From: an uncultured Microbacterium sp.
GTDB taxonomy: Bacteria; Actinomycetota; Actinomycetes; Actinomycetales; Microbacteriaceae
Assembly (NCBI GenBank): GCA_947647645.1
Contig: CANSLE010000001.1
Span: forward strand, 1-40,219
Direction of reading: 5' to 3'
DNA: 40,219 nt
Below are positions 29,133 through 39,763 of the stretch, piece by piece. Made by a program: the position numbers and the translations under genes. The notes beneath the pieces were generated by a model. It was not told where the DNA came from. It searched no databases and saw only the letters and a program-made list of their open reading frames with translations. Position 1 is the stretch's first letter, and every line of letters begins with the position of its first letter.

Positions 29133-30355
29133 TGTGGTCCTTCGTTGCGTCGTGCGCCGAGCCCTAGAGCGCCGGTGCGATGTGAGCTCGACGACCGCAC
29201 GGCGTCGAGGATTGCGTCTACCGTTTTCTCGACGGTACGGGTTTGGATCGCGGCGTCATACCAGGCGCGCGTGGACTTCCGCAGCTTCGATCCGGCGCCC
29301 ACCGCACGGACGATGGCGTCGCCGAGGTGGGCCGCGTCGATCGACTCGGCGACGATGCCGTTCGCGCCCGGCTCGATGAGCTCTGTCGACGCGTTCCCCT
29401 CATCGGCCACGAGCACGGTGGGGGTACCGTATGCGGCCGCTTCGACGACGACGAGGCCATAGCCCTCACGCCGCGACGGGTTCGCGAGCACCGCCGCCGA
29501 GCCCATCAGTTCATCAAGGACATCCTGCGAGACGAAACCCGGACGAGTCGTCCAATCGGCCGCGTTCGATGCAGCGATCGCAGCGTCGACGTCGCCCGAG
29601 CTCGGCCCGTCGCCGAGGATGACCAGCCGGAGGTCCGGAAACACGTCGCGCGCCCTTGCCACCGCAGCGGGGAGAGCTTCCACGCGCTTGTCCGGGATAT
29701 GCCGACCGGCGTACAGCACGAACGGCGGACTCGCTGCAGACGAGTGTGCAAGGGTGCTCGACGCGGCCTCCGAGTCGATGTCGATGAGTCCCGGGCTCAC
29801 GAGAACCCGACGGCGGAACCCCTCGCCGCGAAGGCGGCGCGCGCTGAGCTGCGAGTGGGCGGTGGCGACCGGAGTGAGGGCGATTGCGGCTCTTTGCAAG
29901 GCCCAGGCCACGTTGCCGGTGACCATTCCGGCGTACTCTCGCCACTGGCGCCGCCCCCACACTTCGAGGTAATCGACGACGATCTTCGTTCCCGAGCCGA
30001 CAAGCGCGGCGCGCGCTGCGAAGACGTTGAGGATCGGCAGACCACTGACGATGACCGCCTCGTATTCTCTCCGACGACGTAGAAGCGCCCAGAACAGGGC
30101 GGCAGCGTAGCGGAGCGCGGCGGTGGTGCGGCGCACGCCTTCTCGATCGTAGAGACGGAGATTGCCGACGATCGGGACGATACGGAAACTGGCGGGCGCT
30201 GGTTGACCCTCCCACTGTCGAGACGTGAGGTAGTCGACGCGGTTCCCACGCGCCGCAAGCCACTTCGCGAAGCTGCGATACTGCCGCTCTCCTCCCCCCG
30301 TCGTGTACGGGAACAGGCAGTCGTATGCGATCCCGATGGTGTTTCGCCGAGCCAT
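29129..30355 (-). CDS. GT4 glycosyltransferase
   Basis: ATG 30355; YDCLFPYTTGGGER, AGRHIPDKR, PSRREGYGLVVVEA. Confidence 0.9.
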   Translation of the reverse strand: MARRNTIGIAYDCLFPYTTGGGERQYRSFAKWLAARGNRVDYLTSRQWEGQPAPASFRIVPIVGNLRLYDREGVRRTTAALRYAAALFWALLRRRREYEAVIVSGLPILNVFAARAALVGSGTKIVVDYLEVWGRRQWREYAGMVTGNVAWALQRAAIALTPVATAHSQLSARRLRGEGFRRRVLVSPGLIDIDSEAASSTLAHSSAASPPFVLYAGRHIPDKRVEALPAAVARARDVFPDLRLVILGDGPSSGDVDAAIAASNAADWTTRPGFVSQDVLDELMGSAAVLANPSRREGYGLVVVEAAAYGTPTVLVADEGNASTELIEPGANGIVAESIDAAHLGDAIVRAVGAGSKLRKSTRAWYDAAIQTRTVEKTVDAILDAVRSSSSHRTGALGLGARRNEGPQ

Positions 30356-32295
30356 CAGCTGCACCCCACGATGCGGAAGAGTCGAGCGTCGGGGCCCTGT
30401 GAGTCGAGGAGCGCGAGGTGCGCGGATGCCGTCAGATCGATGACGCCGGCGTATGCCGCGGCCCCTGAGGGGTGGATGACGTCGCGAGCGCCGAAGTCGA
30501 GGACGAAGCCCACGCCCACACGATTGACTGCTGCGCATACCGCGGGGTCGGTATCGATGCTGCGGAGGTGCTGGTCGAGGAACCGCTCGTCGGCACTGGG
30601 GGAACCGAAGACATGCCGTTCGGTCACGTGGATGCCTTCGAGCGCATACGCGAGTGATACGCCAGTGCGAGGACTCCCGATGACCAGATCGGAAGGCGCC
30701 ACGTGCAGGGGGAGCCGCTCGATGAGGGTCCGCTCGTCGGGGCTGAGGAGGAGAGCGTCCGCAGTCGCTGTGTACGCTTCGCGCACCTGGGCCAACGACA
30801 TCGACACATTGGGCCCGAAGCTGGCACTGAACACCACGGCGATCGCGAGGGCGGTCGAGCTCGCGATCGCGACGCGCTGGATCCGCGCCGACCGAGTCGC
30901 GGTGTTCCGTTTCACGAACGTTCGCGCCAGATCGAAGAGGACGAGCGCCCCCAGGACAGCCACCGGGATCGCGGCAACCACCAGGAGCGCCGCGAAGCGA
31001 CTGGGATCCGAGTACCAGGGGTTGGTCAGGAACGACCGCAGTCGGCTTCCGTGGGAAACGCCGGCTGCCAGCACGAAGAGACCGATCGCGGCGAGGAACG
31101 GCAGGAGTACGGTGATGCGGCGTGGGCGCTTCACCGCTCCGACCAAAGCGGCGAGAAGAAGGAACGACACGACGATCGTGGGTGCGAACCCTCGAGGTGA
31201 GACGAGGACTCCCTCCCCGAGGGCCTGCGCCGCGCTTCCCCAAGGTTGCCAGCCGGAGTGCGCGTCACCGGTTCGGGCGAGCGCGATGAATGCTACGCAG
31301 ATGGCTAAGCCAATCGCGAAGATCAACAGAGCGCGTCGTCGACGGCTCGGCGAACGATCCACTAGCGCATCCTGGACAGCGAATCCCGCACACAGGAGCC
31401 ACGCGAAGATCGTGGCGGCGAGGAGCGCATTCGGGTGCCCCAACGCGGTTCCGAGCGCGAGCGTTCCCAAGAGCAGCCAGCTCCGGACGCGATCACGCCC
31501 GCGGTTGGACCCGTAGACGAGCAGCGCGCCCGCGAGCGCGGCGGGGATCATCGCGAAGCCCACGGCGTTCGGGTACAGCACGCCCCAGTTGAAGAAGAGC
31601 GCGGGGAATGCGCCGAACGCGCACGTCAGAGCTGCGGTAGCGACCAGGGCCGCTGCGCGCGCGCGGAAGAGCACGGCCGACAGTGCCATCATCGACGCCG
31701 GCCACAGGACGGCGACAATGGCCAGGTTGGCTACGTTGACAGCGATGGGAACATCGACCCCCGAACACTCCGCGATTAGTGAGGTGAAGGCGTGCCAGGC
31801 GTTGGGGTAGAAGCTGATGTCGGAGGTGCGTCCGATCTGGAAGGGCGAAGCGTCGCCGCTGTCGAGCGCAAGCCTGATGGCGTTCAAATGAACGATGTTG
31901 TCGAAACGCTGAGCGATGTTCTCGGGCGCTCCGAAAGCGCGCGTGAATTGCCACGCTTGAACAATTCCGGCTGATACCAGTGCAGCCAGAGTGGCCAGGT
32001 TGGTTCGGCGCTGCGTCGGCGGTGTGCTCGTCACCGCATTCCGACCGACGAGGAACGCCGCAGCCGCTGCGACCGCGGTGATAGCGGCCAGCGGGAGGAG
32101 GGACCATCGGACGCCGACAAACGGGGCCAGCGTTGCGCTCGCCGCCATGAGGGCGATGCTCACTCCGGGCGCGAGCAGGAAAAGAACCGGCCGCTGTGTG
32201 CGCCACCCTGCGAAGACGATGATGGCCCCGGGGGCGATGAGCAACCCGATCGCGATCAAGAACGAAGGCAGCGCCGTCATCCAACCCTCAGCCAC
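30355..32295 (-). CDS. GT-C fold membrane glycosyltransferase, Rv3779-like (DUF6541-like)
   Basis: GGAGG RBS; about 13 TM helices; loop FDNIVHLNAIR..LDSGDAS..FYPNAWH; WGVLYPN, HPN, PWYSDPSR; soluble C-terminal tail. Confidence 0.72.
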   Translation of the reverse strand: MAEGWMTALPSFLIAIGLLIAPGAIIVFAGWRTQRPVLFLLAPGVSIALMAASATLAPFVGVRWSLLPLAAITAVAAAAAFLVGRNAVTSTPPTQRRTNLATLAALVSAGIVQAWQFTRAFGAPENIAQRFDNIVHLNAIRLALDSGDASPFQIGRTSDISFYPNAWHAFTSLIAECSGVDVPIAVNVANLAIVAVLWPASMMALSAVLFRARAAALVATAALTCAFGAFPALFFNWGVLYPNAVGFAMIPAALAGALLVYGSNRGRDRVRSWLLLGTLALGTALGHPNALLAATIFAWLLCAGFAVQDALVDRSPSRRRRALLIFAIGLAICVAFIALARTGDAHSGWQPWGSAAQALGEGVLVSPRGFAPTIVVSFLLLAALVGAVKRPRRITVLLPFLAAIGLFVLAAGVSHGSRLRSFLTNPWYSDPSRFAALLVVAAIPVAVLGALVLFDLARTFVKRNTATRSARIQRVAIASSTALAIAVVFSASFGPNVSMSLAQVREAYTATADALLLSPDERTLIERLPLHVAPSDLVIGSPRTGVSLAYALEGIHVTERHVFGSPSADERFLDQHLRSIDTDPAVCAAVNRVGVGFVLDFGARDVIHPSGAAAYAGVIDLTASAHLALLDSQGPDARLFRIVGCS

Positions 32296-32341
32296 ATCAA
32301 CCTCCGGGGGCCTCGAGACAACAGTCAGCTAGTCTAGTTGA

Positions 32342-33571
<1,230 letters not shown>

Positions 33572-33587
33572 CGCCGCCCGGTCGGTA

Positions 33588-33604
33588 GCCGGTCAGCGAC
33601 CGGC
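33588..33604. terminator. GC-rich hairpin between convergent glf and glfT2
   Basis: GCCGGTC-AGC-GACCGGC; no U-tract. Confidence 0.3.
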
Positions 33605-35515
33605 GTCTCCCTCATGATCGAACGTCTGTCGCCAGGCGGCCCCGGAGGCGAGGTCCGGCAGCGCCCGCCGGTACTCGTCGGCCAGGCGGTCCCATCGCCG
33701 CCGCAACGCCCGGTGGAGCCGGACGCTGTCGACCAGCATCCGACGGAACTGGGCCCGGTCACGGGTGTAGACGTTCTTTCCGGAGCCGTCGGCAGCGTTC
33801 ACGAGGGCGCTGTCGAATAGCGGGACACGCCACCAGTGGGCATCGTTCTTGCCGAACTCCACCTCGGGCTGCGCCAGATTCTCCGGGCGCGGTGCGTGGA
33901 GCCAGTGCGTGACGAGAGTGGATGCCGTGAACCAACGCAGTCGCAGCCCCGTCGGGCTGTCGAACTGGTGCCGCTTCAGTCGCGGGAACACCTGCCGTCC
34001 GCGGCGCGACCGGAGCGGCTCGTCGGTGTCGCGGTGCACGATCGTCTCGGGGAAGCTCTTCGCGAGTGCCCGCGCCGCGGGCATCGCGGTCGCGAGGTTC
34101 GCACGCATATGTGACGGCCCGGAAAGAACATCACGTAGCGCACGGTGGCGGAGGGCCACCGGGTAGTACTGCATCATCATGAGGTGTTTGAGGTCGAGGC
34201 GGCGGCTGTGCTTCAGAAGGGTGCCGCCCTGTGGCGCTTGCGAGTGCAGCAGCGCGGCGACGATGCGGTTGCGCGCGTGGAAGTAGGCCTGCCAGTCGAT
34301 CGAGTCGTCCTTGCCGACCCACGACACGTGCCACAGTGCGACGCCCGGCATCGAGACGGTCGGGTAGCCCGATTCCCGAGCGCGGAGCGAGTACTCGGCG
34401 TCGTCCCACTTGATGAAAGCCGGCAGCGCCAGCCCGACCTCACGCACGATCTCCGTCGGGATCAGGCACATCCACCACCCGTTGTAGTCCGCGTCGAGGC
34501 GCGAGTGCAGGGACGGGGACTGGCGAAGGTTCGCGACCGAGAAGTCGTGCGGCATCCGCTCCTGGTTCAGTGTGCGCCACATGAACGGCGTCTCGTCGAC
34601 GACCTCGGCCCACGCGTGCAGCTTCGGGCGGTCGAGAAGATCGAACATGTGGGCGCCGACGATCGTCGGAATGGTGGCGAAACGCGCGAACATGATGGAT
34701 CGTCGGATCGATTCCGGCTCGATGCGGACATCGTCGTCCAGTAACTGCACGAAGTCGCTCTCCGGCCGCTGCAGGGTTTCGGTCATCGCGCGCGCGAAGC
34801 CTCCCGATCCGCCCAGGTTCGGCTGCGTCACGATCTGGAGCGTGTCACCGAGCTCGTTCGCGACCTCGTTGTAGCCCGGCTCGGCAGAAACCAGAAGATC
34901 GCCCTGGTCGATGACGAACACGCGGTCCAGGAGCGGGAGCACCTCGGGGCTGGCTGCCAGCGCGCGCAGAGTGCCGACGCAGTAGTCCGGCTTGTTGTAG
35001 GTCGTGATGCCGATGCTCGCCTTGCCCGCGCGCTGCGGCTCGGTCTCGGTGGACCAGGTCGCGCCCTCGAAGACTGCGGACTTCTCGTCGGCAGCCACAT
35101 CGAACCAGATCCACCCGCCGTCGCTGTACTGGTTGAGCTTCAGCTCGAAGACAGCGGCGGATTCGCCCTCGACCTCACGGGTATCGATCCGTTGCCGAAC
35201 ACCGCTGCCGGTGGACCGGTAGACGAGGATTGTCGCCGAGCCGGTGGTGCGCACGGTGAGCGTCACATCACGGACGGTCGTCCAGTGCTGCCAGTAGGAC
35301 GCCGGGAATGCGTTGAAGTAGGTGCCGAACGATACGCGTCGCCCCGCGACGATGCGCGCCGTGGTGCGACCGAGGATGTTCCCCAGCTGTGCGCGGCTCG
35401 ACACGCGCACGGGCTCCTCGTCGATCGATGTCCACGTCTCAGGGTCGACGTAGAGCGGCAGAAGGTCGGGATCGCGCTCGAGTGGGAGGACGGTGTTCTG
35501 GAGGATGTGAGTCAC
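33593..35515 (-). CDS. glfT2: Galactofuranosyltransferase GlfT2
   Basis: GTG 35515; SFGTYFNAFPASYW, NLGGSGGF, LDDD, YNGWW, FIKWDDAEY, WQAYFHARN; adjacent to glf. Confidence 0.9.
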   Translation of the reverse strand: MTHILQNTVLPLERDPDLLPLYVDPETWTSIDEEPVRVSSRAQLGNILGRTTARIVAGRRVSFGTYFNAFPASYWQHWTTVRDVTLTVRTTGSATILVYRSTGSGVRQRIDTREVEGESAAVFELKLNQYSDGGWIWFDVAADEKSAVFEGATWSTETEPQRAGKASIGITTYNKPDYCVGTLRALAASPEVLPLLDRVFVIDQGDLLVSAEPGYNEVANELGDTLQIVTQPNLGGSGGFARAMTETLQRPESDFVQLLDDDVRIEPESIRRSIMFARFATIPTIVGAHMFDLLDRPKLHAWAEVVDETPFMWRTLNQERMPHDFSVANLRQSPSLHSRLDADYNGWWMCLIPTEIVREVGLALPAFIKWDDAEYSLRARESGYPTVSMPGVALWHVSWVGKDDSIDWQAYFHARNRIVAALLHSQAPQGGTLLKHSRRLDLKHLMMMQYYPVALRHRALRDVLSGPSHMRANLATAMPAARALAKSFPETIVHRDTDEPLRSRRGRQVFPRLKRHQFDSPTGLRLRWFTASTLVTHWLHAPRPENLAQPEVEFGKNDAHWWRVPLFDSALVNAADGSGKNVYTRDRAQFRRMLVDSVRLHRALRRRWDRLADEYRRALPDLASGAAWRQTFDHEGDAGR

Positions 35516-35549
35516 GAGGTGCTCCGAGCGTGTCGATACAGAGGAGTGG

Positions 35550-36551
35550 TCAGGATGCCGCGCCCGCCGCGACCAGCGGCGGCATGGGCTTCCAGTCGGC
35601 ATCCCGCGAGATCTTGCGCCCGTCGCGGAGGCCGCGGAAGAGGTTCGAGGTGCCGCGGACGGTGCGCTCGACGAACACGAGCCGGATGAGCTCCTTGCCG
35701 AACGTCAACGCGGTGCCGAGGCCGAACAGCACCGGGTTGTAGACGCCGAGGCTTCGGTAGTAGCGCTTGATGATCGCGCGGTTGCGCATGATGTAGTAGC
35801 GGTACGCGTCGCTCGACGCGTTCATGTGGCGGATGCCCATGTCCCACTGCTTGATCTCGCGCGTGCGACGCAGGACGAACTCGTTCACGATCACCGACGT
35901 CGTGACGCGCGAGGCGAGCCAGCCGTAGGTCTGGTCGTCCCAGTAGATGAAGAAGCGGGGGTCGGGAAGACCGATGCGCTCCACGATGTCGCGGTGGATG
36001 AACATGCCCTCGAAGCAGCCGGAGTTCATCTCCTTGTAGCCCGACTCGTCGAAACCGCTGGGGGCGTACGGGATCGGGATGGCGAGAGGTTCCGCCACGC
36101 GGTACTGCCAGTAGAACTCGCTGCCGTCGAAGTCGTAGCGCCGGCCCTGGATCGACTTGAACCGGGGCGCCCACGCCCCCATCTTCGCCAGGCCGTCGGG
36201 GAGGACCTCCACGTCGTCGTCCATGACCCAGATCCACGTCGAGCCCAGCTCGTACGCGACCCGCATGCCCTCGCTGAAGCCGCCCGAACCGCCGGTGTTC
36301 TCGTCGAGTCGCCGGTAGACGAGCTCGGCGCCCAGGCCCTCGCGGAAGGACTCCACGACCTCGGTGGTGTCATCGGTCGACGCGTTGTCGATGATGACCA
36401 CGTGGCCGGGCTTCGGGTCCATCGCCGTGATGCTCTCGAGGAGCTTCGTGAGCAGTCCGGAACGGTTGTACGTGACGATCGCGATCGTCGCAGAGGCGGG
36501 CGTGAACGAATCGTCCGAGGCCGCGTCGGGGCGCGAAACAGTGGAGGCCAT
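35550..36551 (-). CDS. GT2 glycosyltransferase, GlfT1/RfbC-like
   Basis: VTYNR, IDNASTD, NTGGSGGF, WVMDDD, GLPDPRFFIYWDD, YYIMRN; directly upstream of glfT2. Confidence 0.85.
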   Translation of the reverse strand: MASTVSRPDAASDDSFTPASATIAIVTYNRSGLLTKLLESITAMDPKPGHVVIIDNASTDDTTEVVESFREGLGAELVYRRLDENTGGSGGFSEGMRVAYELGSTWIWVMDDDVEVLPDGLAKMGAWAPRFKSIQGRRYDFDGSEFYWQYRVAEPLAIPIPYAPSGFDESGYKEMNSGCFEGMFIHRDIVERIGLPDPRFFIYWDDQTYGWLASRVTTSVIVNEFVLRRTREIKQWDMGIRHMNASSDAYRYYIMRNRAIIKRYYRSLGVYNPVLFGLGTALTFGKELIRLVFVERTVRGTSNLFRGLRDGRKISRDADWKPMPPLVAAGAAS

Positions 36552-36594
36552 GGCCCGAGAAGTCTAACCCGGCGGCCTCGTCGTCACCTTTGCG

Positions 36595-37998
36595 TCAGCC
36601 CGGCATCCGCTCCGGTTCGCCCTGCTCCCCGACAAGCCGCTGCTCGGACGCGCCGCGACCCAGCAGCGGCGCCTGCTTGATCTTGAAGGCGAGGAGCACG
36701 ATGAACAGCCATCCCCACCCGACCAGGGGGCCCGAGTCCGCGAGGCCCTGCGCCAGCAGGACGGCCCCCACGAGCGTCGGCACGAGGGTGACGGGCGAGT
36801 AGGGGCGGTCGGCGACGAGATCCCAGCGGGGGCGGTCCACCGCGAAGAACCACGAGCGCCAGACGTACGCGAAGAAGGTCAGGCCGAGCAGAGCGAGCCC
36901 GACGACGCCCAGCTGCAAGAACACGTCGATCCACATGCTGTGCGCTTGGCGGCCCGCGGTCTCGAGGCCGGCGATCGAGCCCGCGGATGCCGCGTCGAAC
37001 GGCATCCACGGCGTCGCAAAGCCCCACCCGACGGCCGGGCGCTCGAACGCCTTCGACAGGACGAGCGACCAGATGCCCTCACGGCCGTCCAGGTCGGCGG
37101 AACGCCCGAGCGCCGAGGAGATCTGGCCCCTGCCGAGCCACACGGCCAGAAGGCCGGTCACCGCCACGAGCGCATAGACGACGTAGTAGCGGGTGCGCTC
37201 ACCGGGGCGCCGCGTCGTCCGCATCGCGAGCACCGTTGTGAGGACGACGACGACGGCCGCCGCGCCCAGCCATCCCGACGCCGATCCGGCCCGGAAGAAC
37301 AGGAACGCGGACAGCGCGAACCAGCCCACGAGCAGAGCGCGGCGCGGAGGGCGGGCGGCGAAGCGGATCGCGAACACCACCATGCCGAGCAGCGCGACGA
37401 AGGCGAGCGCGGTGGCATCGCCGACGATCCCCTGGATGCGGCCCCCCTCCAGCAGCGCGCCGTGCGACCAGACGACCGTGGTGTCGTCGACGGGACCGTG
37501 CGCTCGCGCGAAGCCGGGAAGCACCACGCCCCGCCACACGAGAGCGGCCCACAGCTCGAACAGGGTCGAGAGCGACAGCACCCATTTGAGCGCCGATGCG
37601 ATCGCGCTCACCAGTTCGCGCCAGGTCAGCACCGATCCCACGAACATCGCCTGTGCGGTCGTGAGCAGAAGCAGCACCAGCGTCGCCGCGGTGGTCATCG
37701 GGTGCGCGGTCCACAGCAGCGAGGACGTCGCCCAGAGGACGTACCCGAGAGCGAACCAGGGGAGTCGGCGCCACTGGACCGGCGGACGCAGGAGCGCCCA
37801 CAGCGTGGCGGAGACGATGCCGGCCGCGAGCACGACGACCGCGGTGCCGGTGAAGCCCAGCGCCATCGGCCACGCCGCGCCGGCGAGGGTGCCGGCAAGG
37901 ACGACGATGCACCAGCCGCGCAGCAGCAGATGGCCCGTCGTCGCGCGGATCGGGGCGGTCGGCGGCGCCCCGACGGGGTGCTTCGTGTGGACGGCCAT
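36595..37998 (-). CDS. O-antigen ligase / Wzy_C family membrane protein
   Basis: ATG 37998; about 12 TM helices; RIQG, LDGREGIW, RPAVGWGF, AHSMWID..QLGVVG. Confidence 0.85.
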   Translation of the reverse strand: MAVHTKHPVGAPPTAPIRATTGHLLLRGWCIVVLAGTLAGAAWPMALGFTGTAVVVLAAGIVSATLWALLRPPVQWRRLPWFALGYVLWATSSLLWTAHPMTTAATLVLLLLTTAQAMFVGSVLTWRELVSAIASALKWVLSLSTLFELWAALVWRGVVLPGFARAHGPVDDTTVVWSHGALLEGGRIQGIVGDATALAFVALLGMVVFAIRFAARPPRRALLVGWFALSAFLFFRAGSASGWLGAAAVVVVLTTVLAMRTTRRPGERTRYYVVYALVAVTGLLAVWLGRGQISSALGRSADLDGREGIWSLVLSKAFERPAVGWGFATPWMPFDAASAGSIAGLETAGRQAHSMWIDVFLQLGVVGLALLGLTFFAYVWRSWFFAVDRPRWDLVADRPYSPVTLVPTLVGAVLLAQGLADSGPLVGWGWLFIVLLAFKIKQAPLLGRGASEQRLVGEQGEPERMPG

Positions 37999-38007
37999 GG
38001 TGTGATC

Positions 38008-38034
38008 AGAGTAGCGCGGCGGCGGTTCTAGGCT
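38008..38034. promoter_or_regulatory. Back-to-back divergent -10 elements (TACTCT on -, TAGGCT on +)
   Basis: TACTCT (38013-38008) is 9 nt before ATG 37998; TAGGCT (38029-38034) is 6 nt before ATG 38041. No SD sequence in the 42-bp gap. Confidence 0.65.
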
Positions 38035-38040
38035 GGGGGC

Positions 38041-39201
38041 ATGCTGACGCCGATCTCCAATGAACCGCGCGACTATTCCTGGGGCTCCACGACGCTGATC
38101 GCCGGCCTCGAGGGCCGCGAGCCATCCGATGCCCCCGAGGCCGAGATCTGGTACGGCGACCACGCCGGATGCCCCTCGCGGACCCCGGACGGACGCACAC
38201 TGGACGTCCTGCTCGCCGACGAGGGTCGGCCCGCGCTGCCGTTCCTGCTCAAGCTGCTCGCGGCGGCATCCTCGCTCTCGATCCAGGCGCACCCGACGCG
38301 TGCGCAGGCGCGCGAGGGCTTCGCGCGCGAAGAGCGTGCAGGCGTCGCGCGCGACGCATCCGATCGGCTCTACCGCGACGACAACCACAAGCCCGAGATC
38401 ATCGTCGCGTTGAGCGACGAGTTCCGCGCCCTCGTCGGTCTTCGCCCGCTCGCGGCGACGCGGCGCCTGCTGCAGGACCTCGACGACGGCGGCGATGACG
38501 GCACCGTCGCCGACATCCGCGGGATGCTCGGCGCGGCCGACGACGGCGAGGAGGCCGAAACGGCGCTTCGTCGTGTGCTGTCGTGGGCGCTCGGCGAGGC
38601 CGACACCGCCGCGGTGCAGGATCTGACGGCGGCCCTGGACCGGGCCACCAGTGCCGAGTTCGCGGACGAGATCGCGGTGCTGCGCGCCGCCGCCGCCGAC
38701 TTTCCGGGCGACGCGGGCCTCATCGTCGCGCTGCTCATGAACCTCGTCACACTCCGCCGGGGCGAGGGGCTGTTCGCGCCGGCCGGCGTCCTGCACGCCT
38801 ACCAGTCGGGACTCGGCGTGGAGCTGATGGCGGCGAGCGACAACGTCCTGCGCGGCGGCCTCACACCCAAGCACGTGGACGTCCCCGAACTCATGAGCGT
38901 CGTCGACCTCACGCCGGGGCCGGCGCCGGTCATCCACGGCCGGCCGGTCGCGGACGCCGTCGTCGACTACGACACCCCCGTCGACGACTTCGCGCTGTCC
39001 CGCATCGTCGTCTCCGGCGGCGAGGCCCGCCTCGTGCTGACCGGCCCCGCGATCGTCCTCTGCACGGCGGGTGAGGTCTCCGTGGCCGGCTCCGGGGCGC
39101 CGGTGGCGCTCCGCCCCGGATCGGCGGTCTATTCGGCCGACGAGGATGCCGTCACGGTCACCGGGACGGGGGAGGCCTTCGTGGCCCAGCCCGGCGTCTG
39201 A
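38041..39201 (+). CDS. manA: Mannose-6-phosphate isomerase, class I
   Basis: YSWGS, AEIWYG.H, LSIQAHP, YRDDNHKPE, LHAYQSG, ELMAASDNVLRGGLTPKHVD. Confidence 0.95.
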   Translation: MLTPISNEPRDYSWGSTTLIAGLEGREPSDAPEAEIWYGDHAGCPSRTPDGRTLDVLLADEGRPALPFLLKLLAAASSLSIQAHPTRAQAREGFAREERAGVARDASDRLYRDDNHKPEIIVALSDEFRALVGLRPLAATRRLLQDLDDGGDDGTVADIRGMLGAADDGEEAETALRRVLSWALGEADTAAVQDLTAALDRATSAEFADEIAVLRAAAADFPGDAGLIVALLMNLVTLRRGEGLFAPAGVLHAYQSGLGVELMAASDNVLRGGLTPKHVDVPELMSVVDLTPGPAPVIHGRPVADAVVDYDTPVDDFALSRIVVSGGEARLVLTGPAIVLCTAGEVSVAGSGAPVALRPGSAVYSADEDAVTVTGTGEAFVAQPGV

Positions 39202-39279
39202 CGCGCCGACATCGCTCGCGACACGCCGATGCGGCGACGTGAAGGTTCAATCCCGCCTTGAGGGTTTACGATCTGCGAC

Positions 39280-39308
39280 TTGACCGCAGCGAATGACAAG
39301 GGTGTAAT
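39280..39308 (+). promoter_or_regulatory. Primary-sigma-type promoter of whiB
   Basis: TTGACC (39280-39285), 17-bp spacer, TGTAAT (39303-39308); GGGGAG RBS before ATG 39357. Confidence 0.6.
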
Positions 39309-39356
39309 TATTCCAACACGCGCATCAGCGCATCGGGAAAACGTGGGGAGAACGAT

Positions 39357-39674
39357 ATGACGGGTTACCGCTCCGGCGTCCCCGACAACTGGTTCGTCGA
39401 CCCGGTGAACCTCGGTGTGCCCGGTGTGCGTCGTCCCACGCAGGGCGACGAGGACACCGCACTCGCGTGGCAGGCCGACGCGCTGTGCGCCCAGACCGAC
39501 CCCGAGGCGTTCTTCCCCGAGAAGGGCGGATCGACGCGCGACGCGAAACGGATCTGCACCTCGTGCGACGTGCGCGGCGAGTGCCTCGAGTACGCGCTCC
39601 AGAACGACGAGCGCTTCGGGATCTGGGGTGGGCTCAGCGAGCGCGAGCGCCGCAAGCTCAAGCGCCGCGCCTGA
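39357..39674 (+). CDS. whiB: WhiB-family Fe-S transcription regulator (WhiB/WhiB2 orthologue)
   Basis: WQADALCAQTDPEAFFPEKGGSTRDAKRICTSCDVRGECLEYAL..ERFGIWGGLSERERR; four Cys. Confidence 0.96.
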   Translation: MTGYRSGVPDNWFVDPVNLGVPGVRRPTQGDEDTALAWQADALCAQTDPEAFFPEKGGSTRDAKRICTSCDVRGECLEYALQNDERFGIWGGLSERERRKLKRRA

Positions 39675-39763
39675 CGCGCTCGGCCACGACGCGACACGCG
39701 GTTCCGGAGACTCGCGGGCAACGTCCGCCGCCCGCCGGAGTCGGCGCCTAGGCTGACGACGTC

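Noticed and set aside
24683-31243. Apparent long fusion ORFs (669 aa at 24683-26692, 704 aa at 29129-31243; also 603 aa at 19733-21544)
   Set aside because: The Arg-rich N-terminal extensions overlap upstream genes in another frame; the true starts sit at stop/start overlaps (25573, 30355, 20300).
37999-38937. N-terminal extension of the 780-aa ORF
   Set aside because: It is antisense to manA; the membrane protein begins at ATG 37998 behind its own -10 box.
39241-39256. GGTTCAATCCC resembling a tRNA T-loop
   Set aside because: No cloverleaf, acceptor stem or CCA end could be built around it.
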